Shown here piece after piece: positions 1 to 14,302 of a stretch of DNA of 64,000 bases (the stretch's first letter is position 1; each line of letters opens with the position of its first letter). The position numbers and the translations under genes are program-made. Under the pieces are notes generated by a model, which saw only the letters and a list, made by a program, of their open reading frames with translations, did no database searches and was not told the origin of the DNA. The stretch is from Heterodontus francisci (taxonomy: Eukaryota): positions 61,948,868 to 62,012,867 of the forward strand of contig NC_090401.1 in NCBI RefSeq assembly GCF_036365525.1, written 5' to 3'.

Positions 1-468
1 GCGACGTCTCAATTCATTCCATCTTCGCTGCCTCTGGAGAATACTTGGCATCAGGTGGCAGGACCGTATCTCCAACACAGAAGTCCTCGCCACTGGTATC
101 AGACCCAGAGGCCGTCCATGTCTCCGCTTCAAAGACGTCTGCAAACGCGACATGAAGGCCTGTGACATGGATCACATGTCGTGGGAGTCAGTTGCCAGCG
201 TTCGCCAGAGCTGGCGGGCAATCATAAAGGCGGGGCTGAAGTGTGGCGAGTCGTAGAGACTTAGCAGTTGGCAGGAAAAAAGACAAAAGCGCAAGGGGAG
301 AGCCAACTGTGTAACAGCCCCGACAAACAAATTTTTCTGCAGCACCTGTGGAAGAGCCTGTCACTCTAGCATTGGCCTTTATAGCCACTCCAGGTGCTGC
401 TCCACAAACCACTGACCCCCTCCAGGCACTTACCCATTGTCTCTCGAGATAAGGAGGCCAAAGAAGAC
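1..468 (+). mobile_element. 3' end of an RTE-clade LINE (degraded)
   Basis: Reads as an RTE ORF2 C-terminus (GxRPxGRPxLRFKDVCKRDMK...WESVA..RQSWR, then a terminal C2H2-like CxxC..C.SxIGL.SH). It ends in a short 3' tail ...GATAAGGAGGCCAAAGAAGA. Confidence 0.7.
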
Positions 469-1334
469 CTTTCTGTGACACTGATATTTACTGTGTAAAT
501 TTGATTGATCCTTGATCCTCCAGGTCTTCAGAACTCTTCTGATTATTAGCAGTGCCAGACAGGCTCAACTAAAAACTTAACTGTTTGTTAATAACTGCAT
601 TTTCACCTCAATTTATGGGCAATGCAAACTAGTCAAGTAGTTGAGGCAAATTGAAGATAAAATATTGATTTATTTTACTATTATTGATCAAAATGTAATT
701 GTCTAACAAATAAATGGTTTGTTATAATGTGCTCTTTACATATTTGTTCTTAACACTTTTGATTCATTATAAACTATAATTAAAATAGGACAAAGAAAAA
801 AATCAACTGATACAATTATATTTCAAAACTTATTTGATAAAGTTCCAAATGTGAGGCTTTTAAAGAGAGTATTTAGATGTATAGAATTAAGGATAAGTTT
901 ACTAACAAGACCAAATATTATCTTGGCAATAGAAAGCAGGAAGGAAATATGCAAGACTCTGTCTAGGAGGCAACTAATAATTGTAGCACATCAAGGATCT
1001 GTTCTGTGTCCTTTGCTATTTACACTATCCATAAATGATATGGTGAAGGGATCTTTTGATGATGATATATCACCAACTTTGCTGATAATACCACACCATG
1101 TGGCTAGGTTATTACTATGACAGAGATTGATAGCAGTCAAAGGAATCTAGACATACTTAGCAGATGGGTTAAGGAACAGAAGGTGGATTTATATTTGAAT
1201 GATATTAAGTTATACACAGGAAACAAAAAACAAGTAGGTACATTATATGTGTGCCAATTGTCAAGGTGAAAAGTGAAATGTATGGATGTGATTATATATA
1301 TTCTTTAAATAACCAGTAGCCAATATTTGGATGA

Positions 1335-2140
1335 CTGAAGCCATTGCCTTCCCAAATACGTTCCCTAGCTACTGACTCCATCCCTCTCCACGGCAACTAA
1401 AACTAAAGCAGACTGTTTGCAACCATTATGTGATATTTGACCCTGAGATGAGCTTCCAACCACATATCCATTCCTTCATTAATATTGCCTATTTCTACCT
1501 CCATAACACCACATGACTTCACCCCACCTCAGTTCATCTGCTGCTGAAACACTCATTCATGCCTTTGTTACCTCTTGACTTGACTACTTCGATGCACTCC
1601 CGGTCGGTCTCCCACATTGTACCCTCTGTAAACATGAGGTCCTCTAAAACTCTCCTGCTCATATTCTTACTCGCACCAAGTCTCATTCACCCATCACCCC
1701 TGTGCTCGCTGACCTACATTGGCTCCCAGTCAAACAACGCCTTGATTTTAAAATTCTCATCCTTGTTTTCAAATCCTTTAATGGCCTCACCCCTTCCTAT
1801 CTTTGTAATCTCCTCCAGCCGCACAACCATCTGAGATATCTGCGTTCTTCTAATTCTGGACTCTTAAACATCCCTGATTTTAATCGCTCCATCACTGGTG
1901 GTTGTACCTTCAGCTGCCAAGACCCTAAGCTTTGGAATTCCCTCCCTAAACCTCCCCACCTCACTTTCTACCTTTAAGATGCTCCTTTAAATTTACCTCT
2001 TTGACCAAGCTCTTTGTCATCTGCTTGAATATCACCATACATGGCTCGGCATCACATTTTGCTTTCTAATGCTCCTGAGAAGCATCTTGGGACGTTTTAT
2101 TATGTTAAAGGCACGATATTAATATAAGTCGTTGGTTGTT
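1335..2140 (+). mobile_element. L2-type LINE 3' fragment
   Basis: ORF 1702-1977 carries the L2 ORF2 C-terminal motif LHWLPVxxRLDFKIL...LRSS...F....PKLWNSLP, followed by a GTT-rich tail. A near-identical fragment lies at 38050-38510. Confidence 0.75.
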
Positions 2141-3130
2141 GAATATTCTCTCTAATTATCATGAAAAGCTTGTCTAATGAAAGCAATTGAATTGGCAGCC
2201 CAGTCAGTGTCTTATTCCATATTTTTTGTTTTTGTGTAGTAAATTGGTGGGAATAAAAACAAACTGTACCCCAAGAAAATATAACAATGAATGAAACTGG
2301 ATGCAATATAGCCTGGGAGGGTGGCAAGAGGCAATTTCCTCTTTCCACTATTTGTAGCAAAATCACAAGTTTTCTTGATATACATACATATATATTTACA
2401 ATTTCTTTACAAATAGAGAGCTCAGGAAATCTTTCCCAGTGCACAAAATAAGTATTTTCTTAATACAAGTCACAACTAAATTTCCAGTCATCCATCAGAA
2501 GTAAAAGTCATGCCCTCAGTGGTGAAGGAACGGTGTTTGCTGTTCAACTCACTCGCAACTGCTCATGGGCTTTTTGCCAGCTTGACAGTGGAGCTTTCCA
2601 CTAATCCAGCATTTGTTTCAGTCCTGTGCCCTCTACAGAGGATCTGTGGAGTCTGTGAACAGGGAAAGCAACAGCAATGCTCTTCAACCAATCAGATTGA
2701 AGAACTGTTGCTGAGACACGCAGAGTCCAAACCAGAAAGTAGAAAGCAGGAAATATAAATTACATTTAAATGATGTAGAGGAAGTGAAAAAGATTGGGAA
2801 ATACATGTAGGATTAAGGAAGAGAGGTAAACGAGACAAACAGAAAAAGTAAAAAAAAAAATCAGATTTCCCCTGTAACAATGATGAGCATTATTATCATT
2901 CACCATAATTATTACAGCAAAATCTGGGCTAATGTGCAGGTAGAATTTCAAAGAATTTTACTAAATTGGATTAAAGTGTTTATATATTTGGCTTTCACAG
3001 ACTGTCACAATAGATTTCACATGAATATTCAAGGTCAACTTTGTGTCTAATTTCTTTTTACTTATTCTGAAGAAACACTTCTGAAAAAACAGCTACTACT
3101 TTAGAGACAGAATAGCATAAATGCACTTAC

Positions 3131-3408
3131 TCTATTTTTTTAAACTTTTCAAATCCTGCGGCCACATAATGACATCCATTCTGTAGATCATTTAACTGAA
3201 GGACCCGGTGTCCTCCACTTGGTGTGTAAATGTTTCTCACAGCCATAGGGGCATTGATGTTATTTGTTACTTCATTTAAAAAAGACTCAAAAGTTATAAT
3301 CTGCCTCTGGTTGACCACAAGCTTTCTTCCAGTAAAGAAAGGATCTCCATTCTTAAAGACTACCACATTCTTTGCCTGAGGGGCAACAGAAATGCCCGTT
3401 GAGGCCAT
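3131..3408 (-). CDS. DCDC2B: Doublecortin domain-containing protein 2B, first coding exon (first DCX domain); gene continues leftwards
   Basis: MASTGISVAPQAKNVVVFKNGDPFFTGRKLVVNQRQIITFESFLNEVT...VRNIYTPSGGHRV...YVAAGFEKFKK is a DCX domain of the DCDC2 type. A GTAAGT donor follows at 3130 (phase 2). Proximity to TMEM234 supports the DCDC2B paralog. Confidence 0.88.
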
Positions 3409-3509
3409 TTTCCTTAACTCAAGACCAGCTTTTTTCCCTTTGTCGCATACTTAACTGCGACTAAAGTTATTGAGTGGTGTGAGTGACTGTGCTGTGCAAA
3501 GCTACCTTG

Positions 3510-3996
3510 GTTTCCATGGTGCTGTTTTCATCAATGGTTGCTTTGTGTGTTGTGCTGCCAGTAGAACAGCAGCTCAAGTCAATAAGATCAATTTACACCT
3601 ATTGTTTGGTTACAAGCTTCTAAATCAAAGAGTGCCACTGCTCTGAGTCATTCCCATTTTCAAGTACGGATATTAAATGGGAACGGCATTATACCCCATT
3701 ACTATAGTCCCCACATTGACTACATTCAGTTCCAATATGTGCCCCAAACTGACTGCATTTTTTTTCAATTTCTATTCAGTGCTGTTTAGTTTCATTTTGT
3801 ACTACACAATTTTGCAATGAAGTGCACAAGGGAAAATTCACATCAGGACTTTTTATCAGATCATCCATAGGCATTATCTGACATTTTGCTAATGGTATCC
3901 ATCTGGTACAATGGTGATCCGGCAACCTCAGGTGATCTGAGAAAGAGATGAAGCTTTGTTGTTGCAGGCTTCCAAGATGATAGTTACCATGGAGAT
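3510..3996. promoter_or_regulatory. RFX X-box-like motifs upstream of DCDC2B
   Basis: GTTTCCATGGTGCT at 3510-3523 and GTTACCATGGAGAT at 3983-3996 resemble GTNRCCATGGNAAC. DCDC2-family genes are ciliary RFX targets. Confidence 0.45.
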
Positions 3997-4604
3997 AAAG
4001 GGGTAGAGGATCTTGGGGTTGTTAGTGATCAAACCAAGTATCTCATGGCAGTTCAGTTTAGTTGAATGTCAGATTAGGGATTGTCTCTCTAATTTTATTC
4101 AAAGCTTTTGCTGTGGGAAAATAAGAGCTGTACATATTGAAATATAGCCAAAACTCTTTCCCTCTCTTTGGAGTATCAGCAGAATGTAACAACCCCAGAT
4201 CTTGCCTTCTGCTGGTATTATGCTGTTTAGTTCATATAAAAAATAAACTATTGAAAAGACAACATTGGGCAAATTCTGTACAAAAAGATTGCCATCACAA
4301 TTTTCCATTTGCCTGATAATACACAGCATTTGGCTCCAACTACAAAATATTATTCACCTAAAACTTGTGGAGAAGTCTTGGTAAACATGAAAATGAAGTA
4401 AATGTAATAACTCCATTTAGAACCTGTGTTGTAATTAACAGATTGCACTGTTGCACCACAGCAGCTCCTGTAGTTATTTTAGAGATACGTTAATATATTC
4501 TCAGCCAATTGGATTACCAAATTTAAATTTGTCACCTCCTAATTTTCAGCTGAGATGTCATGCCCTTTTAAAGTGAATGAGGTCATTGCAAAGGAATGAA
4601 AGGA

Positions 4605-4772
4605 CATTTTAACTTAACCTGTCCATTATGAACTGAGTGGGTTCTGGTCAGTTATATTTTACATCCCAGTCGATTTACATTCTGTTTCAAATGTAAAAGT
4701 GAGCAGGGTATAAAACAGGCACAGGACCTGAACCTGCCCCATTCCTTCTAGACAGGTTAGGTTAAATTACCC
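4605..4772. repeat. Short palindromic MITE-like element
   Basis: TTTTAACTTAACCTGTC (about 4607) is inverted to GACAGGTTAGGTTAAA (about 4751). Further inner symmetry is imperfect. Confidence 0.45.
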
Positions 4773-5604
4773 CTTTCAATGTTTTTATATCCCTTGTCAG
4801 CAAAATCTCTTTCTTCGGTGAAGTATAGCTATGATTAAAGGTGGAGTAAAGCCCCCAGTAATATGCATTAACCTCAACCTGGGCCACTTTGATGCACAGA
4901 ATTTTGGGCAACATTATACCATGAAACAGCAATTAGTAGACACTGAGATTGGCCAAACTAATTTTGTTTAAGGCTCTTACAGCTAGCAGATTGATGATAT
5001 TCGGCTGATCCCAATTCATGGCCCAGAGTCTACAAGCCATGAAGTGCTTGTGTTTCCACGCTTTTTTTGGTAGCTTTTTATTTTACTGGTATTATTTCCT
5101 AGATAAGTATAGCCATTACATTTTACTATTATGTCTCCACATTAACTTTGAAACTTATCAAATCAAAGCTTTGACAGAAATTATTATGGCCACTTAATGA
5201 TTATGAGAAATTTTGTAATGCCTTTTACAGATTTATCAACAAGGAAGGTTTTAGATTTTAATTGTTTGTGCATTTTTCCTTTATCTTATATTTGACTTAT
5301 ATAAAGTGTGTAGAAACTGGCTGAAAAACACCTTGAGCCAATAGCTATCCATGATTCCTTTGCAGTCTATTAGGTTCCCCTTTTACCTCACACTGAACAA
5401 TCAATTGTTCTTTCACTTTAGCTATTATTTTTCTGCACATGGCTCTTGTGGATGAACAAAATGACATAAATGTAGGTGACTGTGCTATCTGTGTGCTACC
5501 TGGTGTGGTAACATGTTTCTCCATTTTGGCTTCATATTCTTCCTCTTGTAAAATTATCTTGCGACCAGAGATATCACTGGTTTGTTTACTGGCCTATGTG
5601 GATT

Positions 5605-5949
5605 TTAGTTTAGAGATACAGCACTGAAACAGGCCCTTCGGCCCACCGAGTCTGTGCCGAACATCAACCACCCATTTATACTAATCCTACACTAATCCCA
5701 TATTCCTACCAAACATCCCCACCTGTCCCTATATTTCCCTACCACCTACCTATACTAGTGACAATTTATAATGGCCAATTTACCTATCAACCTGCAAGTC
5801 TTTTGGCTTGTGGGAGGAAACCGGAGCACCCGGAGAAAACCCACGCAGACACAGGGAGAACTTGCAAACTCCACACAGGCAGTACCCGGAATCGAACCCG
5901 GGTCCCTGGAGCTGTGAGGCTGCAGTGCTAACCACTGCGCCACTGTGCC
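5605..5949 (-). mobile_element. tRNA-derived V-SINE/HE1-like SINE, full length
   Basis: Minus strand shows a tRNA-like head (TGGCGCAGTGGTTAGC...GGTTCGATTCC), a V-domain-like core (GTGGAGTTTGCA..TTCTCCC.GTG...GCTCCGGTTTCCTCCCACA) and a CR1/HER-type tail GGGCCGAAGGGCCTGTTTC. Confidence 0.85.
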
Positions 5950-6564
5950 GGAGTTGGCTGATCTCAATCATGGGGCATTAAAACTTGGAGTCAATCGCTG
6001 GAACTTTCAAATACTGCAGGGGCCTGAACGGGGTGACATCGGACTGGCCGCAAGCTTTACACCACACCGAATTTCCCTTTCCATTGAAGTCCAACACAAA
6101 GAAAGATTGGGCAGGACACTTAACAGGCAGCCAATCGATAATGTCCATTGTCCCTGGGCTTGGAAGAGGAAAGTTGCTTAGAGTTCCCATTCCTAATTGC
6201 TATCCAATCACCCCAGCTGGAAAGTAAGCATGCCAGGAAAATACAGTATCTGGTTTTGCTATGATGGACTGCATGGTTTAATAGCCTGCTGACTCTCACT
6301 GCCCAGGTTCCCAAATGAGGAATGCTCTTTTGAGTGAGGCACTGGAGAGCTGGCTGTGCCAACGCAACTATACACCACCATGAGTAAACAACTTGGGAAG
6401 AAAAGGAGAAAAGGGAAGGAGGGGTGAGAAATGATGGAACTTTGGTGACATTAATAAGTTATTTATGAAATAACCACTTTTGTTTATGTTATTCTATCTC
6501 TCCCATCTTCATGCTCAGCCCAAATTCTATTAGTGTCATTCATTTAACCACCTGTTCTTGTCTG

Positions 6565-8190
6565 CTTTGCCCTAGCCAAATTGAGGTCAATGGGAATTAG
6601 GGGGAAAACTCTCTACTGGTTAGAGTCATACCTAGCACAAAGGAAGATGGTTGTGTTTGTTGGTTTGTTGGAGGTCAATCATCTCAGTCCCAGGACATTG
6701 CTCCAGGAGTTCCTCAGGGTAGTGTCCTAGGCCCAACCATCTTCAGCCGCTTCATCAATGACCTTCCCTCCATCATAAGGTCAGAAGTGGGGATGTTCAC
6801 AGATGACTGTATGATGTTCAATACCATTTGCGACTCCTTAGATACTGAAAGCAGTCCTCGTCTATATGCAACAAGACCCGGACAACATGCAGGCTTGAGC
6901 TGATAAGTGGCAAGTAACATATGCACCACAAAAGTGCCAAGCAATGATGATCTAACGATCTCCCCTTGATGTTCAATGACATTTAACAGCATTACCATCA
7001 CTGACTCCCCAACCATCAACATCCTGTGGGGGGGGGGTTTACCATTGATCAGAAACTGAACTGGAGCAGCCACATAAATATTGTGGCTACAAGAGCAGGT
7101 TAGAGACTGGGAATTCTGCAGTGAGTAAGCCAGCTCCTGTCTCCCCAAAGCCTATTCACCAGCTACAAGGCACAAGTCAGGAGTGGAATACTTTCCACTT
7201 GCCTGGATGGGCGTGGCTCCAACAATACGCAGGAAGCTCGACACCATCCAGGACAAAGCAGCCCTCTTGATTGGCACCCCATCCACCACCTTAAACATTC
7301 ACACCCTCCACCACCGACACACAGTGGCAGCAATGTGTACCATATATAAAGTGCACTGCAGCAACTGACCACGCCTCCTTCAACAGCACTTTACAAACCC
7401 AAGAACTCTTCCTTCCAGAAAGACAAGGGCAGCAGACATGTGGGAACACCACCATCTGCAAGTTCCCCTCCAAGCCACACACCATCTTGACTAGGAACTA
7501 TATTGCCGTTCCTTCACTGTTGCTGGATCAAAATCCTGGTTAGGCCACAGCTGGAGTATTGCGTACAGTTCTGGTCACCACATTACAGGAAGGACATAAT
7601 TGCTCTAAAGTAAGTACAGAGGAAAGATTAGATCGGCTAGGGTTGTTTTCCTTAGAACAGAGGCGGCTGAGGCGTGACTTAATTGAGGTATACAAAATTA
7701 TGAGGGGCCTAGATAGACAGGAAGGACCTGTTTCCCCTAGTGGAGAGGTCAATTACCAGGGGGCACAGATTTAAGGTGATTGGTAGAAGGATCAGAGGGG
7801 ACATGAGGAAAGACTTTTTCACCTAGAGGGTGGTGGGTGTCTGGAATTCACTGCCCGAATCAGTGGTGGAAGCATAAACTCATTTAAAAGGTACCTGGAC
7901 ATGCACCTGAAGTGTTGTAACCTGCAAGGCTACGGACCAGGTGCTGGAAGGTGGGATTAGATTTACAGCTAGTTTTTTCAGCCGGCACGCACACGATGGG
8001 TTGAATGGCCTCCTTCTTTGCCCTAACTTTTCTATGGTTCTATGGTTCCTGGAACTTCCTTTCTAACAGCTCTGTGGGATACCCACACTAGATGGACTGC
8101 AGCGGATCAAGAAGGCAGCTCACCACCACCTTCTCAAGGACAATTAGGGATGGGAAACAAATGCTAGCCTTTCCAGTGAAAGAATAAAAA
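6565..8190 (+). mobile_element. CR1/L2-group LINE ('family B') 3' portion, interrupted by a HER/CR1 3' fragment at 7540-8046
   Basis: RT motifs GVPQGSVLGP / F(T)DD and the family B tail AAGGCAGCTCACCACCACCTTCTCAAGG. The insert is flanked by a TCCTGG duplication (7534-7539 / 8047-8052) and ends in (TTCTATGG)n. Confidence 0.8.
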
Positions 8191-11100
8191 TAACTCAAAC
8201 ATAGAGGCTTCATTTTGAGAACAGCACAGCTACAGCTGCCGGTGTATCCTGTATGAAAATTCCTCTGACTGGCTGTACTAATGCATCAGGAAAGACAGAG
8301 TGGATATGGCAGAGACTTTCACAATCTGTGTGCGACACTATGAAAAAATCCTGCACAACATATTTTTAAAAACTGCAGATAACGGCCAAAAATTAAACTG
8401 CTTAGAAATAAGAATTTTGCAGAGCTTTAACAAACAATAACCAGAGAATATGATGAACTTTTAATTTCCACCACTTCTTAATGCAGTTGCTATTTCCTGC
8501 AAGTAAAAGCTTGACTGTTACAGCAGACCATTTTGTTGGAGATTTTCAATTTCTAAATTGCTGTAAGATTTAGCACATCTTGGGATTTCTTTTCTTTTTC
8601 CCTGTGAAAAGGAATAGAAAAAGATAAAATATCAAAATGACGCATCTATATATTTACTTGCTGTCATCTTCTAGACAATTTCATAGCTTCAAAAAGATCG
8701 ATCTCTGAGCCTTAGTCTGCTTTTATAATGGCAGTTATCAAATGGATTACTACAATAAAATGTAATTTTGTTTAAAAAAATTAAATTGCTCGAATTGCAC
8801 TGCAACTTTTCCAAAGGTTATTGTAGGCTAGACATCAATGAAAAGGAATACTGCAATGTTAATAATAGTTTCTTCTTTATTAAACATTATAACACCATTA
8901 CCTTCTCTATCATAAAGCTCTTATTAAAATACACACTTAATTACAACCTGATCTCCCGTGCTAGTAGAGCACAGCTGAGGTGCTTAGTGTGACAAGTGGA
9001 ACTTTGTATTTAAAATTTGGCATTGCACGTTTATTTTAATGAGTGTTCTGAGTGGTTGAATCTGTTTCATTCATATTTGCCAGACAGAACACACATACTA
9101 GAACAGAGTTAAGGTTTAATCATTTAATCATCATTTGAGTAAGCACAGAGGCTGAAGTAAAAAAAGTTTTGCATTGGACATAATCAGGAAAATTTTCCCT
9201 TTAAGTTATGCCAGTTTTCTGCTGTAACTTGGATGGGCAAAGGCAGAACACTGGACATCCTGTTAGTTCTCCATCCATTTCTGGCCCAGGAGAAATTTTC
9301 AGTGATACAAAAGCACTGCCCAAAAACTGGCAAAGGATAACCAAGTAAGGTGGCAAAAATAAAGGTATGTTGTATGCCACAACTTCGCTCACTACCATCA
9401 TTGCAACACTAGTATCAAGAGCATGTGGCTGCGGTCTAACATTGCTAGGGTTGTTATTATATGGATAAACAGATATTAAAAGGGATAAAACAAATTTTGC
9501 TACATTGGTATCTTCTCATCATTAACCTTGGTCTATCTACTAAATGAAAATTGTGAATACTATATATAAAAAAATAATGTACTGTTTAAGTCAGAAGGTG
9601 AGACAATAAATGGAACTGAAATTATTTAATTATTTTACAGAACAATCCCCTTTCAGTATTTTGGGTTGTTTTCAGGTTCCTGTGCAGAAATATTAGTGAC
9701 TCGATAATCTGTTCATTATTAACAGGCATTCTATAGAAATCCAAACCAAGTATAATCGAGCATTAATTGTCAAACCAATTATTCTCTCTTATCACGGTAC
9801 AACTGTACCTGGGTAGATATTGCTTTGCTGATTATTAAAGTGACATTGTTCAGCTGCACTCTTCAGTATTCTCTTTGCAACTCTGGTCTTCATCTGCTGG
9901 AGAAATATTAAACCAAAATATGAATTACAGACTACAAGCTATTATTCAACTGCTTTTGCTTTTCATCTAATAACTGATCATTTATTTTCTTTCTTCCCCC
10001 TCCTCACCTTTCTGTTTGTTGCAATCTTTTTCTATGTTCTGGATACTGCTTTGGTCATTTGATACCCCCTTGCTGCGTGGAAGTCGTGCTTAAAAGCAGC
10101 ATGAATTGGAAAGAGTGGGTAGGAGTGCTGTCCAAACTCTGCAGTTATTGTGATCTTGACCCCTGCCCCCCCCTGGGATTCACCATTGCCACAAGCCCAA
10201 GTGAGGCAAGTGGCCTGAGGTTTCTCACCATGTAGAGGCCCAACAGATGCCAGCAGTTCAGGTAAAAAATATCAATGAGACTCAGGTCAGCCTCAGGCTT
10301 CCAGGTTACAGCCCAAAATCAGGCCCAGACAAATTTCCACAGTTTTGTTAGAAATCTACTAGGTACATTCCAACAAGAGCGAAAGGTAAGGGAACCAATA
10401 ACAGGGCTCCTTGGATGACGAGGGAGAAAGAGATTCTGATGAAACAAAACAAAATGGTGTATGATGCATATCAGGTGAATTTTTCAAGTGAGAACCAGGT
10501 CATATACATGAAGTTGAGGGGGGAAGTGAAGAGCAAAATTATACTGGCAAAGAAAGAATATGAGAATAGAATGCCCATGGGATACTGGGGAATGTGGCAA
10601 GTTGGATCCAGAATTGGCTCAGGGACAGGAAACAAAGGGTACTGGTCGACAGATGTTTTTGCGAATGGAAAGTTCCACAGGGTTCAGTGTTGGGTCCTTG
10701 CTGTTTGTGGTATATATTAATGATTTGGACTTCAATGTGGGAGGCATGATTGGGAAATTTGCTGATGACACAAAAACTGGCGTGTAGTTAATAATGAAGA
10801 GGATAGCCGTAGACTCCAGAATGATATCAATGGTTTGGTTGAGTGGGCGGGGAAATGGAAAATGGAATTCAATCCAGAGAAGTGCATTTATGGATGTAAA
10901 ATAAAGTGACGGAATACACAATAAACAAGAGGATATTGAGAGGGGTAGAAGAAGCGAGAGACCTTGGAGTGCATGTCCACAGGTCCCTGAAGGTGGCAGG
11001 ACAGGTAGATAGAATGGTGAAGAAGGCATACGGAATGCTTCCCTTTATTGGCCGAGGTATAGAATACAAAAGCAGGGAGGTAATGCTGGAACTGTATAAA

Positions 11101-11308
11101 ACGCTGGTTAGGCCACAGTTGGAGTACTGCGTACAGTTCTGGTCACCACATTAGGGAAAGGACAAAATTGCTCTGGAGAGAGTACAGAGGGGATTTACAA
11201 GAATGATGCCAGGGCTTGAAAGTTGCAGCTATGAGGAAAGATTAGATCGGCTAGGGTTGTTTTCCCTGGAACTGAGGAGGCTGAGGGGAGACTTAATTGA
11301 GGTGTACA

Positions 11309-13985
11309 TAGAAAATAGGAGCAGGAGTAGGCCATTTGGCCCTTTGAGCCTGCTCCGCCATTTATTATGATCATAGCTGATCATCCAACTCAGTAACCTG
11401 TTCCGGCTTTCTCCCCATATCCTTTGATCCCTTTAGACCCAAGAGCTATATCTAACTCCTTTTTGAAAACATTCAATGTTTTGGCCTCAACTGCTTTCTG
11501 TGGTAGCGAATTCCACAGGCTCACCACTCTCTGAGTGAAGAAATTTCTCATCTCAGTCCTGAAAGGTTTGCCCCATATCCTTAGACTATGACCCCTGATT
11601 CTGGACTCCCTCACCATTGGGAACATCCTTCCTGCATCTACCCTGTCAAGTCCTGTTAGAATTTTATAGGTTTCTATGAGATCCCCCCCTCACTCTTCTG
11701 AACTCCAGTGAATATAATCCTACCCGACTCAACCTCTCCTCATACGTCAGTCCCACCATCCCAGGAATCAGTCTGGTAAACCTTCACTACACTCCCTCCA
11801 TAGCAAGAACATCCTTCCTCAGATAAGGAGACCAAAACTGCACACTGTATTCCAGGTGTGACCTCACCAAGGCCTTGTATAATTGCAGCAAGACATCCCT
11901 GCTTCTGTACTCGAATCCTCTCGCTATGAAGGCCAACATACCATTTGCCTTTTTTACTGCCTGTTGCACCTGCATGCTTACCTTCAGCGACTGGTGTACG
12001 AGAACACCCAGGTCTCGCTGCATATTCCCCTCTCTCAGTTTATAGCCTTTCAGATAATAATCTGCCTTCCTGTTTTTGCTACCAAAGTGGATAGCCTCAC
12101 ATTTATCCACATTATACTGCATCTGCCATGCATTAGCCCACTCACTCAACTTGTCCAAATCACCCTGAAGCCTCTCTGCATCCTCCTCACAACTCACCCT
12201 CCCACCCAGTTTTGTGTCATCTGCAAATTTGGAGATATTACATTTAGTTCCCTCATCTAAATCATTAATGTATATTGTGAATAGCTGGGGTCCTAGCACC
12301 GATCCCTGCGGTACCCCACTAGTCACTGCCTACCATTCGGAAAAAGACCCATTTATCCCTACCCTTTGTTTCCTGTCCGCCAACCAATTTTCTATCCATC
12401 ACAATACACTACCCCCAATCACGGTGGCAGCACAGTGGCACAGTGGTTAGCACCGCAGCTTCACAACTCCAGGGACCCGGGTTCAATTCTGGGTACTGCC
12501 TGTGCGGAGTTTGCAAGTTCTCCCTGTGACCGTGTGGGTTTCTGCTGGGTGCTCTGGTTTCCTCCCACAGCCAAAGACTTGCAGGTGATAGGTAAATTGG
12601 CCATTGTAAATTGCCCCTAATGTAGGTAGGTGGTAGGGAAAATGGGATTACTGTAGGGTTAGTATAAATGGGTGGTTCTTGATCGGCACAGACTCGGTGG
12701 GCCGAAGGGCCTGTTTCAGTGCTGTATCTCTAAAAACAAAAAATCCCAGGTGCGTTAATTTTACATGCTAATTTCTTATGTGGGACTTTGTCGAAAGCCT
12801 TCTGAAAGTCCAAATAAACCACATTCACTGGCTCCCCTCATCAACTCTACCAGTTACATTCTAGTAGATTGGTCAAGCATGATTTCCCTTTCGTAAATCC
12901 ATGCTGACTCTGTCCAATTCCACCACTGTTCTCCAAGTGCTGTGCTATAAAATCTTTGATAATGGACTTTGATAATGATGAAGTTTCCCCACTACCGACG
13001 TCAGGCTGACTGGTCTATAATTCCCTGCTTTCTCTCTACCTCCCTTTTTCAATAGTGGGGTTACATTAGCTACCCTCCAATCTGTAGGAACTGTTCCACA
13101 GTCTACAGAATCTTGAAAGATGGCCACCATACACTATTTCTAGGGCCACTTCCTTACGTACTCTGGGATGCATACCATCAGACCCTGGGGATTTATCGGC
13201 CTTCAATCCCATCAATTTCGCCAATGCCATTTCTCTACTAATACTGATTTCTTTCAGTTCCTCTCTCTCACTAAACCCTGTGTTCCCCAACATTTCTGGT
13301 ATGATATTTGTGTCCTCCTTTATGAAGACAGAACAAAAGTATGCACTTAGTTGTTCAACCATTTCTTTATTTCCCATAATAAATTCCCCTGTTTCTGACT
13401 GTAAGGGACCTACATTTGTCTTCACTAATATTTTTCTCTTCAAATACCTATAGAAACTTTTACAGTCAGTTTTTATGTTCCCTGCAAGCTTGCTCTCGTA
13501 CTCTATTTTCCCCTTCTTAATCAATCCCTTGGTCCTCCTTTGCTGAATTCTAAACTGCTCCCAGTCCTCAGGTCTGTTGTTTTTCCTGGCAAATTTATAT
13601 GCCTTGGATCAAATGCTATCTCTAATTTCCCTTGTAAGCCATGGTTTGGCTACCTTTCCCGTTTTACTTTTGCGCCAGACAGGGATAAACAATTGTTGCA
13701 GTTCATCCACACGCTCTTTAAATATTTGCCATTGTCTATCCACTGTCATCCCTTTAAGTAACATTTCCAAATCTGTCATAGCCAACTCACACCTCATACC
13801 TTCGTAGTTTCCTTTACTAAGATTCAGGAGCCTTGTCTCAGAATCAACTACGCCACTCTCTATCTTGATGAAGAATTCTATCATATTATGGTCGCTCGTC
13901 CCCAAGGGGTCTCGCACCAATAGATTGTCAATTATTCCTCTCTCATAACACAATACCCAGTCTAGGATGGCCTGTTCTCTAGTTA
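11309..13985 (-). mobile_element. CR1-type LINE (second subfamily), 5'-truncated and degraded ORF2
   Basis: ORF fragments 13609-13953 (EN end, SDH), 13066-13524, 11787-12326 (GVPQGSVLGP, KFADDTK) and 11390-11626. The 3' tail is GGCCTACTCCTGCTCCTATTTTCTATGT. Confidence 0.88.
12426..12740 (+). mobile_element. V-SINE/HE1-like SINE nested in CR1
   Basis: Same family as 5605-5949, with tRNA A/B-box head and CR1-type tail. Confidence 0.85.
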
Positions 13986-14302
13986 GTACAAAATTATGAG
14001 GGGCCTAGATAGATTGGACAGAATGCCGGGGTGGACAGTTACCAGGGGACACAGATTTAAGGTGAATTGGCAGAAGGATTAGAGGGGACATGAGGAAAAA
14101 CACTTTCATCCAGAGGGTGGTGGGTGTCTGGAATTCACTGCCAGGAATGGTGGTGGAGGCAGAAACCCTCAATACTTTTAAAAGGTACCTGGACATGTAC
14201 CTGAAGTGCTGTAACCTGCAAGGCTACGGACCAGGTGCTGGTAGGTGGGATTAGATTGGGTGGCTAGTTTTTTCGGCCGGTGCAGACATGATGGGCTGAA
14301 TA

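Noticed and set aside
5880-5949. tRNA genes (also 12426-12500 and 57320-57391)
   Set aside because: These are SINE heads with A/B boxes continuing into SINE bodies; no complete cloverleaf.
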